Assembly: GCA_028534125.1 (NCBI GenBank)
Contig: CM052817.1
Coordinates: 78,928,001 to 78,992,000, forward strand
Direction: 5' to 3'
DNA from: Lama glama
Lineage: Eukaryota
DNA: 64,000 nucleotides
Each line of letters opens with the position of its first letter. The first letter of the stretch is position 1. Made by a program: the position numbers and the translations under genes. Of this stretch, positions 36,504 to 49,799 are shown piece after piece. The notes beneath the pieces were generated by a model, which saw only the letters and a program-made list of their open reading frames with translations, had not been told where the DNA came from and searched no databases.

Positions 36504-38639
36504 CTAAAAATCCATTCTGGAAAACACCAATTCATCACACTATTTTTTCTGTCATGAACAAATCCATAATTTCTAGCACTTTTCTAGTCACTCTACACCC
36601 ATGACCATCATTCAAGTTACAGATGGGCATTCCAAGAGTCAAACAGGCAGTGAGTGCTCTAATTTCTCCAGTGCTCTCTCTGACCAGCTGCTGATATTCT
36701 TCTGTGGACCTGGGCTAGTGCAGGCCTGCCACACGGCTTAGTTTCCCCAGAGCTGCTGCTAGGACTTTTGCCCTGAGCCACCTTTCAGGATCAAAGGACA
36801 CACACCTTCTTCACTCCAGTCTTAAGTCAGATTCATAGGGTGGCCCAGGGCGAAATGTAGCAGCAGTCATCTGTCCTGTGAGGGGGCAATCATTCTGTAC
36901 CCAACATCAATGTAGATGACTTACCAGTAGCTGAACCGTAAGGATATCCAGAGGCCAGTTTATGGCTTCATAAGCTATTAACAAACAGACATCCCACTGA
37001 TATTTGGAGCAATTAAAGCAAGTGTACTCATGGCTTCAGAGTATTGAGAGCAACCTCCATACTGCATATGGCCTTGACCTGGAAACTAAGATACACACTG
37101 AAACACTGCAGTGGGGACAGAATGTTCTTGATTGTTCTAACCAACTGGTTGAAGTGCTGCTGCATTAATCCAAAGAGTCTTGGATTCTTTAACTAGCTTT
37201 GCCAGGGAAGCAAAATCACCTGCTGCGGCAAGGCGTTACTTCAGTGAGGGAGATGAAGAGATCACAGAGGCATTTTAGTCTGAGTGTTCTGTTTTTACTA
37301 AAAGAACCAGATTTCCCCTCATAGACCACTTTACAAAGTTACATGCAAAAGACTGAAGACAAAGCACGCTATATTTACTTATAGCTGAAATCTCTTTCTT
37401 TACCTCTAAAATCAACACTGACATTTTCACCACTTCAAAGAATATGGTGAATGAAAGCTTTTAATAATTTCAGTTCTGTGGCAATAAAAAAAAACTGTCC
37501 TCTCAGAAAGAAATTTCTTTTCAGAAATCATAGGCTGAATACTCATAAATCTTTTATGCTTAAAATTAGCAAAAGTCACCTTGTAATAGAAAGGTCTCTT
37601 CAATGCCCTGATAGAAAATTACAGCTCTCAACACACCAGTATTTCTCATTTCCTTCCGATCTGTGCATAGCTGACAAAACTAAGTTTTACTAATACCAAC
37701 ATTCCCAAGAAGAAGCCATTTATCAGTGCAACATTCAAAATCATGATAGCTTTTAGCCATTCCCTTCCTGTCCACCTTACCCTTTGCCCCTAGGGATCTG
37801 GCTACCTTCTCTGGCTTGAAAGTCCCTTTGACATGAAAATGGTGACAATGGTCAAAGTAAGCCTTCTCAGACTAATCTTAAATCCCTGGCCTGTTGCTGG
37901 AACTTCCTAGTTATTTTTCTAGGGAAGGCACCTATGGGCAGGCAGGGACATCTGGGGTGATCATAGAACTCCCATCCCCACCCCTAATTCCTAGCCAGGC
38001 TGCTGTCTCACAGTATTCTTGACAACAGGGATGAGAGGGGACATACGCAGAAATTGAGGATGCTCCCTCTGACTCTGGAACCTCTTAGTTCCTCTAATTT
38101 TTACAGGGATCTATGGATTGAGTTTTTAACCCATCTCACGTACCTTTATTTGTCTGAGACTCCTTTTAAAGAACTTCCAAACATCTTACACCAAGCCAAC
38201 CTGGTTCTCTGCCATCCCCCCACTCCTCTCACCTCACTTATCTTCTCCGCTCTCTTCTCTCCTCCCCCGTCTTCCTCAGTATTAAAGCAAATTCCTCTCC
38301 TTGCTTCAGGCAGAGCAGTTATCCATCTTCTTTTCTTTCCTTGGCACACACATCTGTGCTTTTAGGTCTCACTTCTATCTACAAGCAGCTTATCAAGATA
38401 TTTTCCCAAATATAGACAGTTTCTTCTCTAAAATTAACTGCTACTGAGGTGACAAAATGTTAATCTCCATTTGTAATTGGATCAGGTTCTTGAACATAGA
38501 ATGTTCATGGCACACTGCAGGGTGGGGTGGAGAGAGGCATTCCCTTCCAGTTACCAGTGATTGAACTGTCTTGCCCTGGCAGAGATACTGTCACTCTACA
38601 AATAAGGAAGCAGGGGAGGGGAGGGAGTGTCAGGTAGGT

Positions 38640-39130
38640 ATGTATTTGCCCACAAATTTGGAGCTTTAAGAAACAGAGTAGCGCTGCAAGCACCAGTACC
38701 AAACCAGGGAACCTTTGGTGGCTTGAGCCAGGAGGGTGACAGTATCATGGAAAAGAATAGATAGATTTAAGAATAATTTGGGGATCCAATTGATAGAATT
38801 TTGGATTGGATTAAATGTGAGAAATGAAAAAGAAGGGAGACTCAAGTGAGATGGAGACTTTAAAATGTCCAAATGAATTTTCATAATGAGGTGGTTGATG
38901 ACCCTATATGAGTTTCCTAACTTCCTAATGAAATTAATCTTGTTTTCTTGTACCTTATTTGATCATCTATCACAATGCAACCAAATATCTTTAGATATCT
39001 ATCTCTCTCCTACTAAACCAGAAGTTATCTGTGAGCAGGGAATAGGTCATCTTAATATTATTCATATTTTTATTTTAGGCTTAACAGGGTGCCTGACACT
39101 AGTAGAGGCTCAAGCAATATTAAATGATGA
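38640..39130. mobile_element. L2 relics (both orientations)
   Basis: ggtggcttgagccaggagggtgacagt...ggattggattaaatgtg; acagggtgcctgacactagtagaggctcaa. Confidence 0.55.
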
Positions 39131-39329
39131 CTCTGAACCTCTCTTGTTTTCTTATGTGTCTCTCAATCCCTTATTTCCAACTATTTATATGACAACTCTG
39201 GCAGGCCTTCCAGGCATCTTCTCAAATTCAAACTAGGGCTCATATTATTCATCCCATGATAAGTTGGTTAATACTATGCTTGTCTGCACACAGCAGGGAA
39301 AAAGCCCAAAACATTTTTTAAATGTTAAT

Positions 39330-39720
39330 TCTCTATCATATAAAAGAAGCCCAGAGCTGGCATAGTGATTTTACAGTGACATCAGGAAACCAGGCTTCTA
39401 TTTTTCTGTTCTGCCATCCTTAGCATTTAACTTCCATTCTTAAAGTCATCATGGCCCAAGATGTCTGAGTACCTTCCAGATTAGCAACAGAAGGAGAAAG
39501 GAGAGAACAAAAGAAATACTTCTCAGCTGAGTCAGCTCCCTTTAAAGTGGCCTTTCCTGAAGTACCATAGGATTTTTTCCATTTACAACTTTTTGGCCTA
39601 AACTTAATCAGTGATCCACTCCAAACTACAAAGGAGGATAAGATATATCTTAATTCTGACAAAAATTGCCCAGCTAAATCTTGGAGTTGTGTTATTAGAC
39701 ACAAAGGATACAATGGACAT
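39330..39720 (-). mobile_element. MaLR LTR (MLT1K-like)
   Basis: catcaggaaaccaggcttc...tctgttctgccatccttagcat...catggcccaagatg. Confidence 0.65.
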
Positions 39721-40894
39721 TCTTGTGTCTCTGGATTTCTTATCTAGCATTTCTATTTTGTTTGTGCCATCTGCTTTTTAATTCTTGGACTCCATTTGAC
39801 CTTTATTTGCACTTTAGAAAAATAACTCTAATCGCTGGATGGAAAATGAATTGGAAATGGAGCAGACTGTAGGCATGGAGACCAGTAAGTTATACAAGGC
39901 TATTGCAGAAATGCAAGAGAGAGAAAATAAAGCCCTAAACCAAGGCAGTGACAGCAGGTCTAAAGAGGAGAGGATCTGGAAGAACATAAAAAGAACATTT
40001 ACCGGACTGCTGAGAACCTAAATTTGTAAATCAAATGGAAGAAGGAATATATGATGCCCAGTAGGAATAGCCCTACCAACATAAAACACCATGGCACTGG
40101 CAGAAAGCCAATTACTTAAAAGGATTTTTCAGGAATAAGTAAGCAGAGAAACTTGTGAAAACATCTTGGAATTTATTAAGGAGCTTTGAAAAATACTTGG
40201 GAGTAGTCTGTTTACTTGCACCAAATTTGCACTATTAACAGAGCTAATCATTCTGAATGGGTTGTTAGATCTGAATTCAGTATGTATGAGATGGTATGTA
40301 CATATTAGTATATCATAATATATGTGAGTAAAACATTGTGATTCATAAATATGTATCCAATGATGCTTTTTACTACACCTCCCTCTAAAGGTTCTGCATG
40401 AATAAAACATTTATTTTTGGTTTTTTTAATCTGATGCAAACAAATATAAAAAGAGGTATGATAGGTAGAAAGTCTGGGTGGAGAAGAAATACAAGATCCT
40501 CTGCCTTTCTTCATAGTCAACTTCTCAGCAATAGAGTTGGTCCACTTTCTGTAGAGATGTAGAAGAGTAAAGAATGCTTTGTAACGTGAAATTTTTATTC
40601 TGTGAAACAGAAGGTCCTTTAAATTAATATCAATTTCATCTATCATCTCATATAAAGAGGGGAAATATCCTCTTATTTAAACATATTAAGGTAGAACAGA
40701 CCTGAAGGCAAGGCAAAATATTCCCAGTACAGGCCTCCAATTTGACTCCTAGCATCAGAGCCCAGTCAGTTTCTAACTAAAGGTTCAGCTGTGCCATGGT
40801 TCCCAAGTTCACTCATTCATTCACTTACTGGTCCAACAAATATCCTTTGTAAGTCCTAAGGATATCATAGAGATTGAAATAGACATTTCCCCCA

Positions 40895-41240
40895 GCACAA
40901 ATTTAATGTACATTTCCAGCCTCTCCTTCAGTTAGGTGGGGCCATGAGATCAAGTTCTAACCTATAGAATGTCCTCCATAACCTCTTTCATAATCTTTCA
41001 TGCTCTTTTTTTCTTTTTCTGTCCATCAACTAAATAGAGAACACTCTAAGGACCTAGGGTTGGGAGTATGGAGAAAGCAACAGGATGGAAGGAGCTGCTG
41101 TTGCAAAAAGCCAGTGTTCCCTGCCCTACTCTGTCACCAAACCACATTAGACTATGAACTTCAGAAGAAATAAACACTCACTGTGTTTAAATGCCACTGA
41201 CATTGACATTTTAGAGATGTTTGCTAAGGTACCCTTCTAT
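40895..41240 (+). mobile_element. MaLR LTR (MLT1J-like)
   Basis: tacatttccagcctctccttcagttaggtggggccatg; ggatggaaggagc; agaaataaac...tgtgtttaa.gccactg. Confidence 0.7.
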
Positions 41241-44200
41241 ACAGACCTTGAAACAGCAGATACTTGGCATATTCACAGAGCAGCCAAGTCAGTGCAACTG
41301 TAACTCAGTTAGAAAAGGAGGAAGTGGTAAGAGATGATGTCAGACTTGTCCTGAGAACCAGGCAGGTAAGCCTCTTTTGGAGCCACAGTAAAGCCCTTCA
41401 ACAGGGCAAGCTGAGCAGAACCCTCTAAATTGTGGGTGCTTAGATTGTCCTGTTGAAGGGCAACACAGCAGTTTTCTCTTTGGATAGTAGTGCAGGACCA
41501 TAAAAATAAGCATGCAAGCTGAAACTATGCCAAGTGATCTTAATAATCATGGGGGTTGGTGACCAAGATGTCAGAGCAGGAGACAGAGCTCACCTCCTCT
41601 CACGAACACACCAAAATCACAACTAACTACAGAACCACCATTGATGAAAAAGACTGGCACCTATGAGGAAAGATCTTCTACAACCAAAGACAGAAAGAAG
41701 GAACCTCAACAAGATAGGCAGGAGGGGCAGACTCATGACATAATCAAATCTCATACCCCTAGGGTGAGTGACCCACAAACTGAAGAATAATTATATTACA
41801 GAGGTTCTCCTACAAGAATGAGAGTTCTGAGCCCCATGTAAGTCTCCCCAACTCAGGGGTCTGGCACCAAGGAGGAGTCCCCAGAGTTTTTGGCTTTGAA
41901 GGCCAGGATGGCTTAATTGCAGGAGCTCCACAGGACTAGAGGAAATAAAGACTTCACTCTTTAAAAAAACACACACACAAAATCTTACCTGCACTGGGAC
42001 CAAGGGAAAAATCAGAAATTTCTTAGGAGCCAGGGTCAGACCTACCTGCTGGTCTTGGAGGACATCCTAGGAAGCAGGGTATGATTGGACACCCCACCCT
42101 TCCAGGAACATAGACTTGGTGGCAAACATATCTGGGAGTATTCACCTTCATGAACTCTCTAATAGGCTGACTTAGGTCATTAGCACCAAGGTCTGGCCCC
42201 ACCAAACAGCCTGTAGGTTCCTATGCTGGGATGCATCAGGCCAAACAACTGGGTGGGGACACATCCCACCCATCTGCCTCTAGAGATGCCTCTAGGCACC
42301 ACCCTGCCCACCAGAGGGCCAAGACCCAGTTCTCCAGCGTCAGACACTGTCCCCTCCCACCAAGAAGCCTGCAAAATTCTCTAGACCAGCTTCACCTTCC
42401 AGGGGGAATACTCCAGAAGCAAGAAAGTGACAATCTGATAGCCTGTAGAACTGAGTTGGCAAACACAGGCAAGAACCTACCTTGGGACCAGCTGACCCAT
42501 GGCCCTTGAGTGATGAGAGGGGAGTCCACTGCTGGGACACATAGGGTGCCTCCTACAGAAGCTACCTCTCCAAGGTCAAGAAATGTAACTAACCCAGCAT
42601 ATACATAAAAATGCAAATAGAAATTCAGACAAAATGAGGTGATAGAGATATATGTTCCAGACAAAGAAACAAGATAACTTCCCAGAAGAATAAGAAACTG
42701 ATGCAGAGATAGGCAATTTACCAGAGAAAGATTTCAGAGTGATAATCATAGAGATGATTAAAGAACTCAGGAGGAGAATGAATGCACAGAGTGAGAAGTT
42801 AGAATGTTTTTAACAAAGAGTTAAAAAATACAGAGAACAACTATACAGAGATGAAGAATACAATAACTGATAGGAAAAATACACTAGAAGGAATCAGTAG
42901 TAGATTACATAAGGCAGAAGAATGGATCAGTGAGCTGAAAGACAGTAGTGGAAATCACAACTGCATCAGAAAAAAGAAAAAAGAATGAAAAGAAATGATG
43001 ACAGTTTAAGAGAACTGTGGAACAACATCCAGCACACTAATATTCACATTATCGAGGTCCCCGGAGGAGAAGAGAAACAGCCTGAGAAAATATTTGAAGA
43101 GATAATAGCTGAAAACTCCCCTAACCTGCAAAAGGAAACAGTCACCCAAGTCCAAAAAGCATAGAGTCTCATACAGGTTTCCCTAAAAAGAACACACCAA
43201 GAGACACTATAATTAAAATGACAAAAATTAAAGATAAAGAATATTAAAAGCAACAAATAACATACAAGAGAACCATAAGATCATAAGCTGATTTTTCAGC
43301 TGAAACTCTACAGGCCAGAAGGGAGGGGCACAGTATCTTTAAAGTGATAAAAGGGAAATACCTACAACCAAGAATACCTTACCAGCAAGGCTCTCCTTCA
43401 CACTGGATGGATAAATCAAAATCTTTATAGACAAGCAAAAGCTAAAAGAATTCAACACCACCACCCACCTTTACAACAAATGCTAAGGGAACTCCTCTAG
43501 GCAGAAAAGAAAAGGCCACAACTAGAAACAAGAATATTATGAAATGGAAAAACTCACCAGTAAAGGCAAACATACAGTAAAGGTAGGAAATCATCCACAC
43601 ACAAACTAGTAGGAAGGTTAAAAGACAAAAGTAGTAAACTCATCTACATCTGCAATAAGCAGATAAGAGATACACAAAGCAATTAGATGTAAAAATGATA
43701 ATAGAAATCATAAGGTGAGGAGAGTACAAATGCAGAGTGTTGAAAATGCATCTGAAATTAAGAGATCAGAAACTTGAAGCAATTATATATATATACATAA
43801 TTATATATAGATATATAATTATAATCTATATATAATTATATATATTATTATATAGATATATATATATAATCTATATATAATTATGTATATAGAGACAGAG
43901 AGACAGAGACAGAGACTGCTACACCAAAACCTCGTGGTAACCACAAACCAAAAATCTGTAATAGATATACACACAAAAAAAGAAAAGGAAATCTAAACAC
44001 AACACTAAAGATGGTCACCAAATCACAAGGGAAGAGAAAAAAGAAAAAAGGGGAAAAACAAAGACCTATAAAAACAATTAGCAAAATGGCAATAAGAACA
44101 TATATATCAATAATTACCTTAAATGTAAACAGACTAAATGCTCCAACCAAAAGACACAGACAGGCTGAACTGATACAAAAACAAGACCAGCATATTTGCT

Positions 44201-45627
44201 GCGTAACAAGAGACTCACTTCAGACTGAGAGACACAGAAAGTGAAGAGATGTAAAATGGTATTCCACACAAATGGAAATCAAAAGAAAACCAGAGTAGCA
44301 ATATTTATTAACAGACAAAGTAGACCTTAAATAAAGACTGTTACAAGAGACATTAAACAAGAACACTACATTATGATCAAGAGATCAGTCCAAGAAGAAG
44401 ATATAACAATTTAAAATATATATGTACCCAAGATAGGAGCATCTCAATGTATAAAGCAAATGTTAACAGACATAAAGAGAAAAATTAACAGGAACACAAT
44501 AATAGTGGAGGACTTCAACACCCCACTTACATCAATGGACGGATCATCCAGACAGAAAATCAGTAAGGAAACATAGGCCTTAAATGATGCATTGGACCAG
44601 ATGGAATTCATTGATATTTATAGAGTAATCCATGCAAAAGCAGCAGAATACACATTCTTTTCAAGTGCACATGGAACATTCTCCAGGATAGATGACATGC
44701 TGGTCCACAAAGCAAGGCTCAGTAAATTTAAGAAAACCGAAATCATATCAAGCATCTTTTCTGATCACAGCACTGTAAGAATGGAAATTAACTTCAAGAA
44801 AAAAACCGCAAAAAACACAAACACACAGAGGCTAAATAATATGCTACTAAACAACCAACAGATCACTGAAGATATCAAAAAATACCTAGACACAAATCAA
44901 AACAAAAACATGATGATCCAAAACCTATGGGAAGCAGCAAAAGGAGTTCTAAGATGGAAGTTTATAGTGATACAAGCCTACCTCAGGAAACAAACATTAC
45001 AAATAAACAAACTAAGCTTACACCTAAAGCAACTAGAGAAAGAAGAAAAAACAAAACCCAAAACTAGTATACAGAAAGAAATCATAAAGATCAGAGCAGA
45101 AATAAATGAAACAGAGACTGAGAAACAATAGAACAGATCAATGACACTAAAAGCCGTTTCTTTGAAAAGATAAACAAAACTGATCAACCTTTAGCCAGAC
45201 TCATCAAGGAAAAAAGGGAGAGGGCTCAAATTAATAAAATCAGAAATAAAAAAGAAGTTACAACCAACATCACAGAAATACAAAGGATTCTAAGAGGCTG
45301 CTACAAGCAACTATATGCCATAAAATGGACAATGTAGAAGATATAGACAAATTCTTAGAAAGGTACAGCCTCCCAAGACTGAACCAGGAAGAAATAGAAA
45401 ATATGAACAGACCAATTATCAGTAATGAGATGAAATTAAAGATTAAAAAACTTCCAACAAAAGTTTAGGACCAGATGGTTTCACAGGTTAATTCTACCAA
45501 ACATGTACAGAAGAGTAAACACCTATCCTGAAACTATTCCCAAAAAAATGCAGGAAAGGGGACACTTCTGAAATCATTCTATGAGGTCACCATTACTCTG
45601 ATACCAAAATGAGACAGAGATATCACA

Positions 45628-45654
45628 CTCACACACACACACACACACACACAT
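45628..45654. repeat. (CA)n microsatellite in L1 ORF2
   Basis: Directly visible. Confidence 0.9.
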
Positions 45655-47739
45655 AATTATAGGCCAGTATCACTGATCAACATGGATGCAAAAAATATCA
45701 CTGATGAACATGGATGCAAAAATCCACAACAAAATACTAGAAAATCAACAACAACACATTAAAAAAGGATCATACACCATGATCAAGTGGAATTTATTCC
45801 AGGGATGCAAGAATTTTACAATAGCCACAAATCATTTCAACATTAACAAATTGAAGAATAAAAACCATACGATTATTGCAATCGATGCAGATAAAGCTTC
45901 TGATAAAATTTAACATACATTTATGAGAAAAACTCTCCAGAAAGTGGGCATGGAGGGAACATACCTCAATGTAATAAAGGCCACATATGACAAACCCACA
46001 GCTAACATTATGCTCAACATTGAAAAGCTAAAACATTTCCTCTAAGATTAGGAACAAGACAAAGATGCCCACTCTCACCACTTTTATTCAACATAGTTGT
46101 GGAGGTCTTACCACAGCAATCAGAAGAGAAAGAAATAAAAGGAATTCAAATTGGAAAAGAAGAAGTAAAACTGTCACTGTTTGCAGATAACATGATACTA
46201 TACATAGAAAACCCTAAAGAGGCTATCAGAAAACTTTTAGAATTCATCAATGAATTCAGTAAAGTTGCAGGATACAAAATAAATACACAGAAATCTGTTA
46301 CACTTCTATACACTAACAACAAAATATCAGAAGTAGTATTTAAGGAAACAATCCCATTTACAATTGTATCAAAAAAGAGTAAAGTACCTAGGAATAAGCC
46401 TACCTAAGGAGGCAAAAGACCTGTACTAGGAAAACTATAAGATGCTGATGAAAGAAATGGAAGATGACACAGATGGAAAGATATACTGTTCTTGAATTTG
46501 AGGAATCAATATTATTAAAACAACCATACAACCCAAAGAAATCTACAGATTCAGTACAATCCCTATCAAATTACCAATGGCACTTTTCACAGAGCTGCAA
46601 CAAAAAAATTTACTGTTTGTATGGATACACCAAAAACCTCAAATAGCCAAAACAATTTTGAGAAAGAAGAGCAAAGCTAGAGGAACCAGGCTCCCTGACT
46701 TCAGACTATACTACAAAGCTACAGTAATCAAAACACTATGGTGCTGGCACTAAAACAGACACATAAATCATTGGAACAGGATACAAAGTCCAGAAATAAA
46801 CCCATGCACTTATGATCAATTAATCTAAAACAAAGAAGGCAAGAATATACAATGGAGAAAAGACAGTCTCTTCAATAAGGGGTGCTGGGAAAACTAGACA
46901 GCTACATGTAAAAGAAATTAGAACATTCTCTAACACCATACACAAAAATAAACACAAAATGGAGTAAAGACCTGTGTGTAAAACCAGAAGTCATAAAAAT
47001 CGTAGGAGAAAACATAGGCAAAACTCTTTAATATAAACTGTAGGAATAGTTTTTGGATTCATCTCCTAGAGTAATGGAAATAAAAGCAAAAATAAACAAA
47101 TGGGACCTAATTAAACTTAAAAGCTTTTGCACTGCAAAGGAAACTATAAATAAAACGAAAATACAACCAATGGAATGGGAGAAAATATTTGCCAATGATG
47201 CAACCAACAAGAGATTAATTTCCAAAATACACAAACAGCTCATACAGCTTAATATCAGAAAAACAAACAACCCAATCAAAAAATAAGCAGAAGACCTAAA
47301 CAGACATTTTCTCCAAAGAAGATGTACAGATGACCAATAAGCACATGAAAAGATTCTCAACATCGCTAATCTTCAGGGAAATGCAAATCAAGACTACAAT
47401 GATGTATCACCATACACCAGTCAGAATGGCCATCATTAAAAAGTCTACAAATAATAAATGCTGGAGAGGGTGTGGAGAAAAGGGAACTGTTGGTGGGAAT
47501 GGAAATTTGTGCAGCCACTATGGAAAATAGTATGGATGTTCCTTAAAAAACTAAACATTGACTTACTATATGATCTAGCAATCCCACTCCTGGGCATATA
47601 CCTGGGAAAGATGAAAATTCTAATTCAAAAAGATATATATGCACCTCAGTGTTCACAGCAGCACTATATATACGATAGCCAAGACATGGAAACAAGCTAA
47701 TTGTTCATCAACATATGACTGGATAAAGAAGATGTGGTA

Positions 47740-47807
47740 TAAATTTGACAACATTGTAAAATGACTATAACTCAATAAAAAATGTTAAAATTTTTTTAAA
47801 AATTAAA
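47740..47807 (+). mobile_element. 68-bp young L1 3' end nested in the older L1, 15-bp TSD
   Basis: TSD aaagaagatgtggta at 47725-47739 and 47808-47822; the insert acaacattgtaaaatgactataactcaataaaaaa matches the tail at 52400-52438. Confidence 0.9.
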
Positions 47808-48755
47808 AAAGAAGATGTGGTACAAACATGCCCCCAATAGAATATTACTCGGCCATTAAAAAAAGAATGAAATAATGCCACTTGCAGGAACATGAACAGA
47901 CCTACAGATTATCATATTAAGTGAAGTAAGTCAGACAGAGAAAGACAAATATATGACATCACTTATATGTAGAATCCAAAAAAATGATACAAATGAACTT
48001 ATTTATATACCAGAAATAGACTTATAGAAATAGAAAACAAACTATGGTAACCAAAGGGGAAAGAGGGGGGGAGGGATAAATTAGGAGTTTGGGATTAACA
48101 TATACATACCATTATATATAAAATAGATTAACAAGAACCTACTGTATAATACAGGGAAGTATATTCAATATCTTATAATAACCTATAATGAAAAAGAATC
48201 TGAAAAAGAATATATATATATATGAGTCATTTTGCTGTACACCTAAAACACACTGTAATCAACTATACATCAATAAAAAAAATTTTTTTAAAGATCAACT
48301 TTAAAATGATTACTCAGCAAAAAAAAAAAAAATCATGGGGAAAATAAGGATTGTTCCATGATCTTTAAAAATCTTTATCAAAACATTAAAAACTCTCCTA
48401 CTGGTGGTTATAAATGTACCAGTAGTAAACTAATATTTATTTAGTACATTGTATTTTTAAATATTGGAAACGTTGGGGAGTTAATGTGTCAAAATTTATC
48501 AACAATAGATTTGAACAAAAAAATAGATTTAAACAGTGCTTGCCTTTTTCTGACATATGACCTGCTATATGGAGAAAGCATTATTTCTATGCAAATTTTC
48601 ACATTCCTTTCTAAGTTTGGATCAACTTCCAGTATTTTATCTTTTGTGCTTTCAATGTCATGAAATGTCTCGAAGAGTTCCTTTAAAGTGAAGTGTTTGC
48701 CAGCATTAGTTCCTCTAGAACATCTTTATTCACAACCACTTTTCCCATTTATACT

Positions 48756-48977
48756 TTTTTTTTTAAATTGAATTATAGTCATTTTACAATGTTGTGTCAA
48801 ATTCCGGTGTAGAGCACAATTTTTCAGTTATACATGAACATACATATATTCATTGTCGTATTTTTTTCGCTGTGAGCTACAACAAGATCTTGTATGTATT
48901 TCCCTGTGCTATACAGTATAATCTTGTTTATCTGTTCTACATATGCCTGTCAGTATCTACAAATTTCAAACTCCCAG
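48756..48977 (-). mobile_element. Young lineage-specific L1 3' end
   Basis: Poly-T then ttgaattatagtcattttacaatgttgtgtcaaattcc, the reverse complement of the 52240-52438 tail; short TSD tatac(t). Confidence 0.85.
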
Positions 48978-49799
48978 TATACTGTTAAGTTCACCTTTAC
49001 TCATTTCTTCTAGCTGAATATCTGATCTCTTGAACAATGAAGTGTCAGCATTTCCAGGGTCAGCCATTTCTTCTATAATTCCTTTGATGTCCAATTTGAA
49101 TTACACTTCCAGCATTACCATTACTTCTGTCTTTCATGAGATTTCATCTTCACTGGCCAATTTCCACTTTAGAGTATCCATTTTTGTAAAATGCCACATG
49201 GATTTATTTTTGGAAGGCAACACAACTCACATTTTGCTCTCTGTGTGTGAACCAAATAACAGACGCACCAATCACTTACAGACTTCCAAAGAAGTGACAT
49301 GATTATTTAATGATCATGATGCACATTTTTTACTTATAAAGTGATTTGTGAACTGAAGAGATGGTAGCCAAGTGTGTACTTTTACTATTACTGTGGTAAC
49401 TGAAATCCGTGCCTATTAGAACCGTGAGGGTGAGGACTGCCTTACTGCTTTGCAAAATTACAAAGAACACAGGTGGTAGTTTAAGGAAACATTTAAGCTC
49501 AAAGGAGGATCTTTTTAAAGTGGGGAAAATTGCAGCTTGTTTGTATAATGGTAGGAATGCTCCTGAAGAGACGAGTAAGTGGGCGATAGAGAAGGAGGGG
49601 ATATTTACAGGAGTTAACAACTTGTGTGGGCAAAAGGGGGTGGAACCCAGCACATAAGTGGAAGGTTGGTTTTAGGCAGAAGTACAGTTTATCCATTTTA
49701 AATGCAAAGTAGAATATATGGGAATGGGGGTTGTAGGTGGTGGTTCTCTCACAAATGCTACTATTTTCTCGGCAGAATAAAAAGCCAGCTCTTTTAATG

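Larger units (their letters stand above)
41555..48330 (+). mobile_element. Near full-length L1 (5'UTR, ORF1 ~42650-43545, ORF2 from 44086, 3'UTR, poly-A); both ORFs disrupted
   Basis: ccaagatg 5' start; EN (ISIITLNVNRLN; FSRIDDML; SDHS); RT ([10 protein letters not shown]); C-terminal [13 protein letters not shown] aatcatgggg at 41545-41554 and 48331-48340. Confidence 0.95.
41467..49446. mobile_element. Tigger13a-like DNA transposon split by two L1 insertions (pieces 41467-41554, 48341-48755, 48978-49446)
   Basis: gtgcaggaccataaaaat..tgcaagctgaaact..gatcttaataatcatgggg|aaaataaggattgttccatgatctttaaaaat is continuous across the L1; ends cag.../...gccttactg. Confidence 0.75.

Noticed and set aside
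44592..45131. 179-aa endonuclease-like ORF
   Set aside because: A fragment of L1 ORF2; the element has many stops and frameshifts, so it is not an active or domesticated gene.
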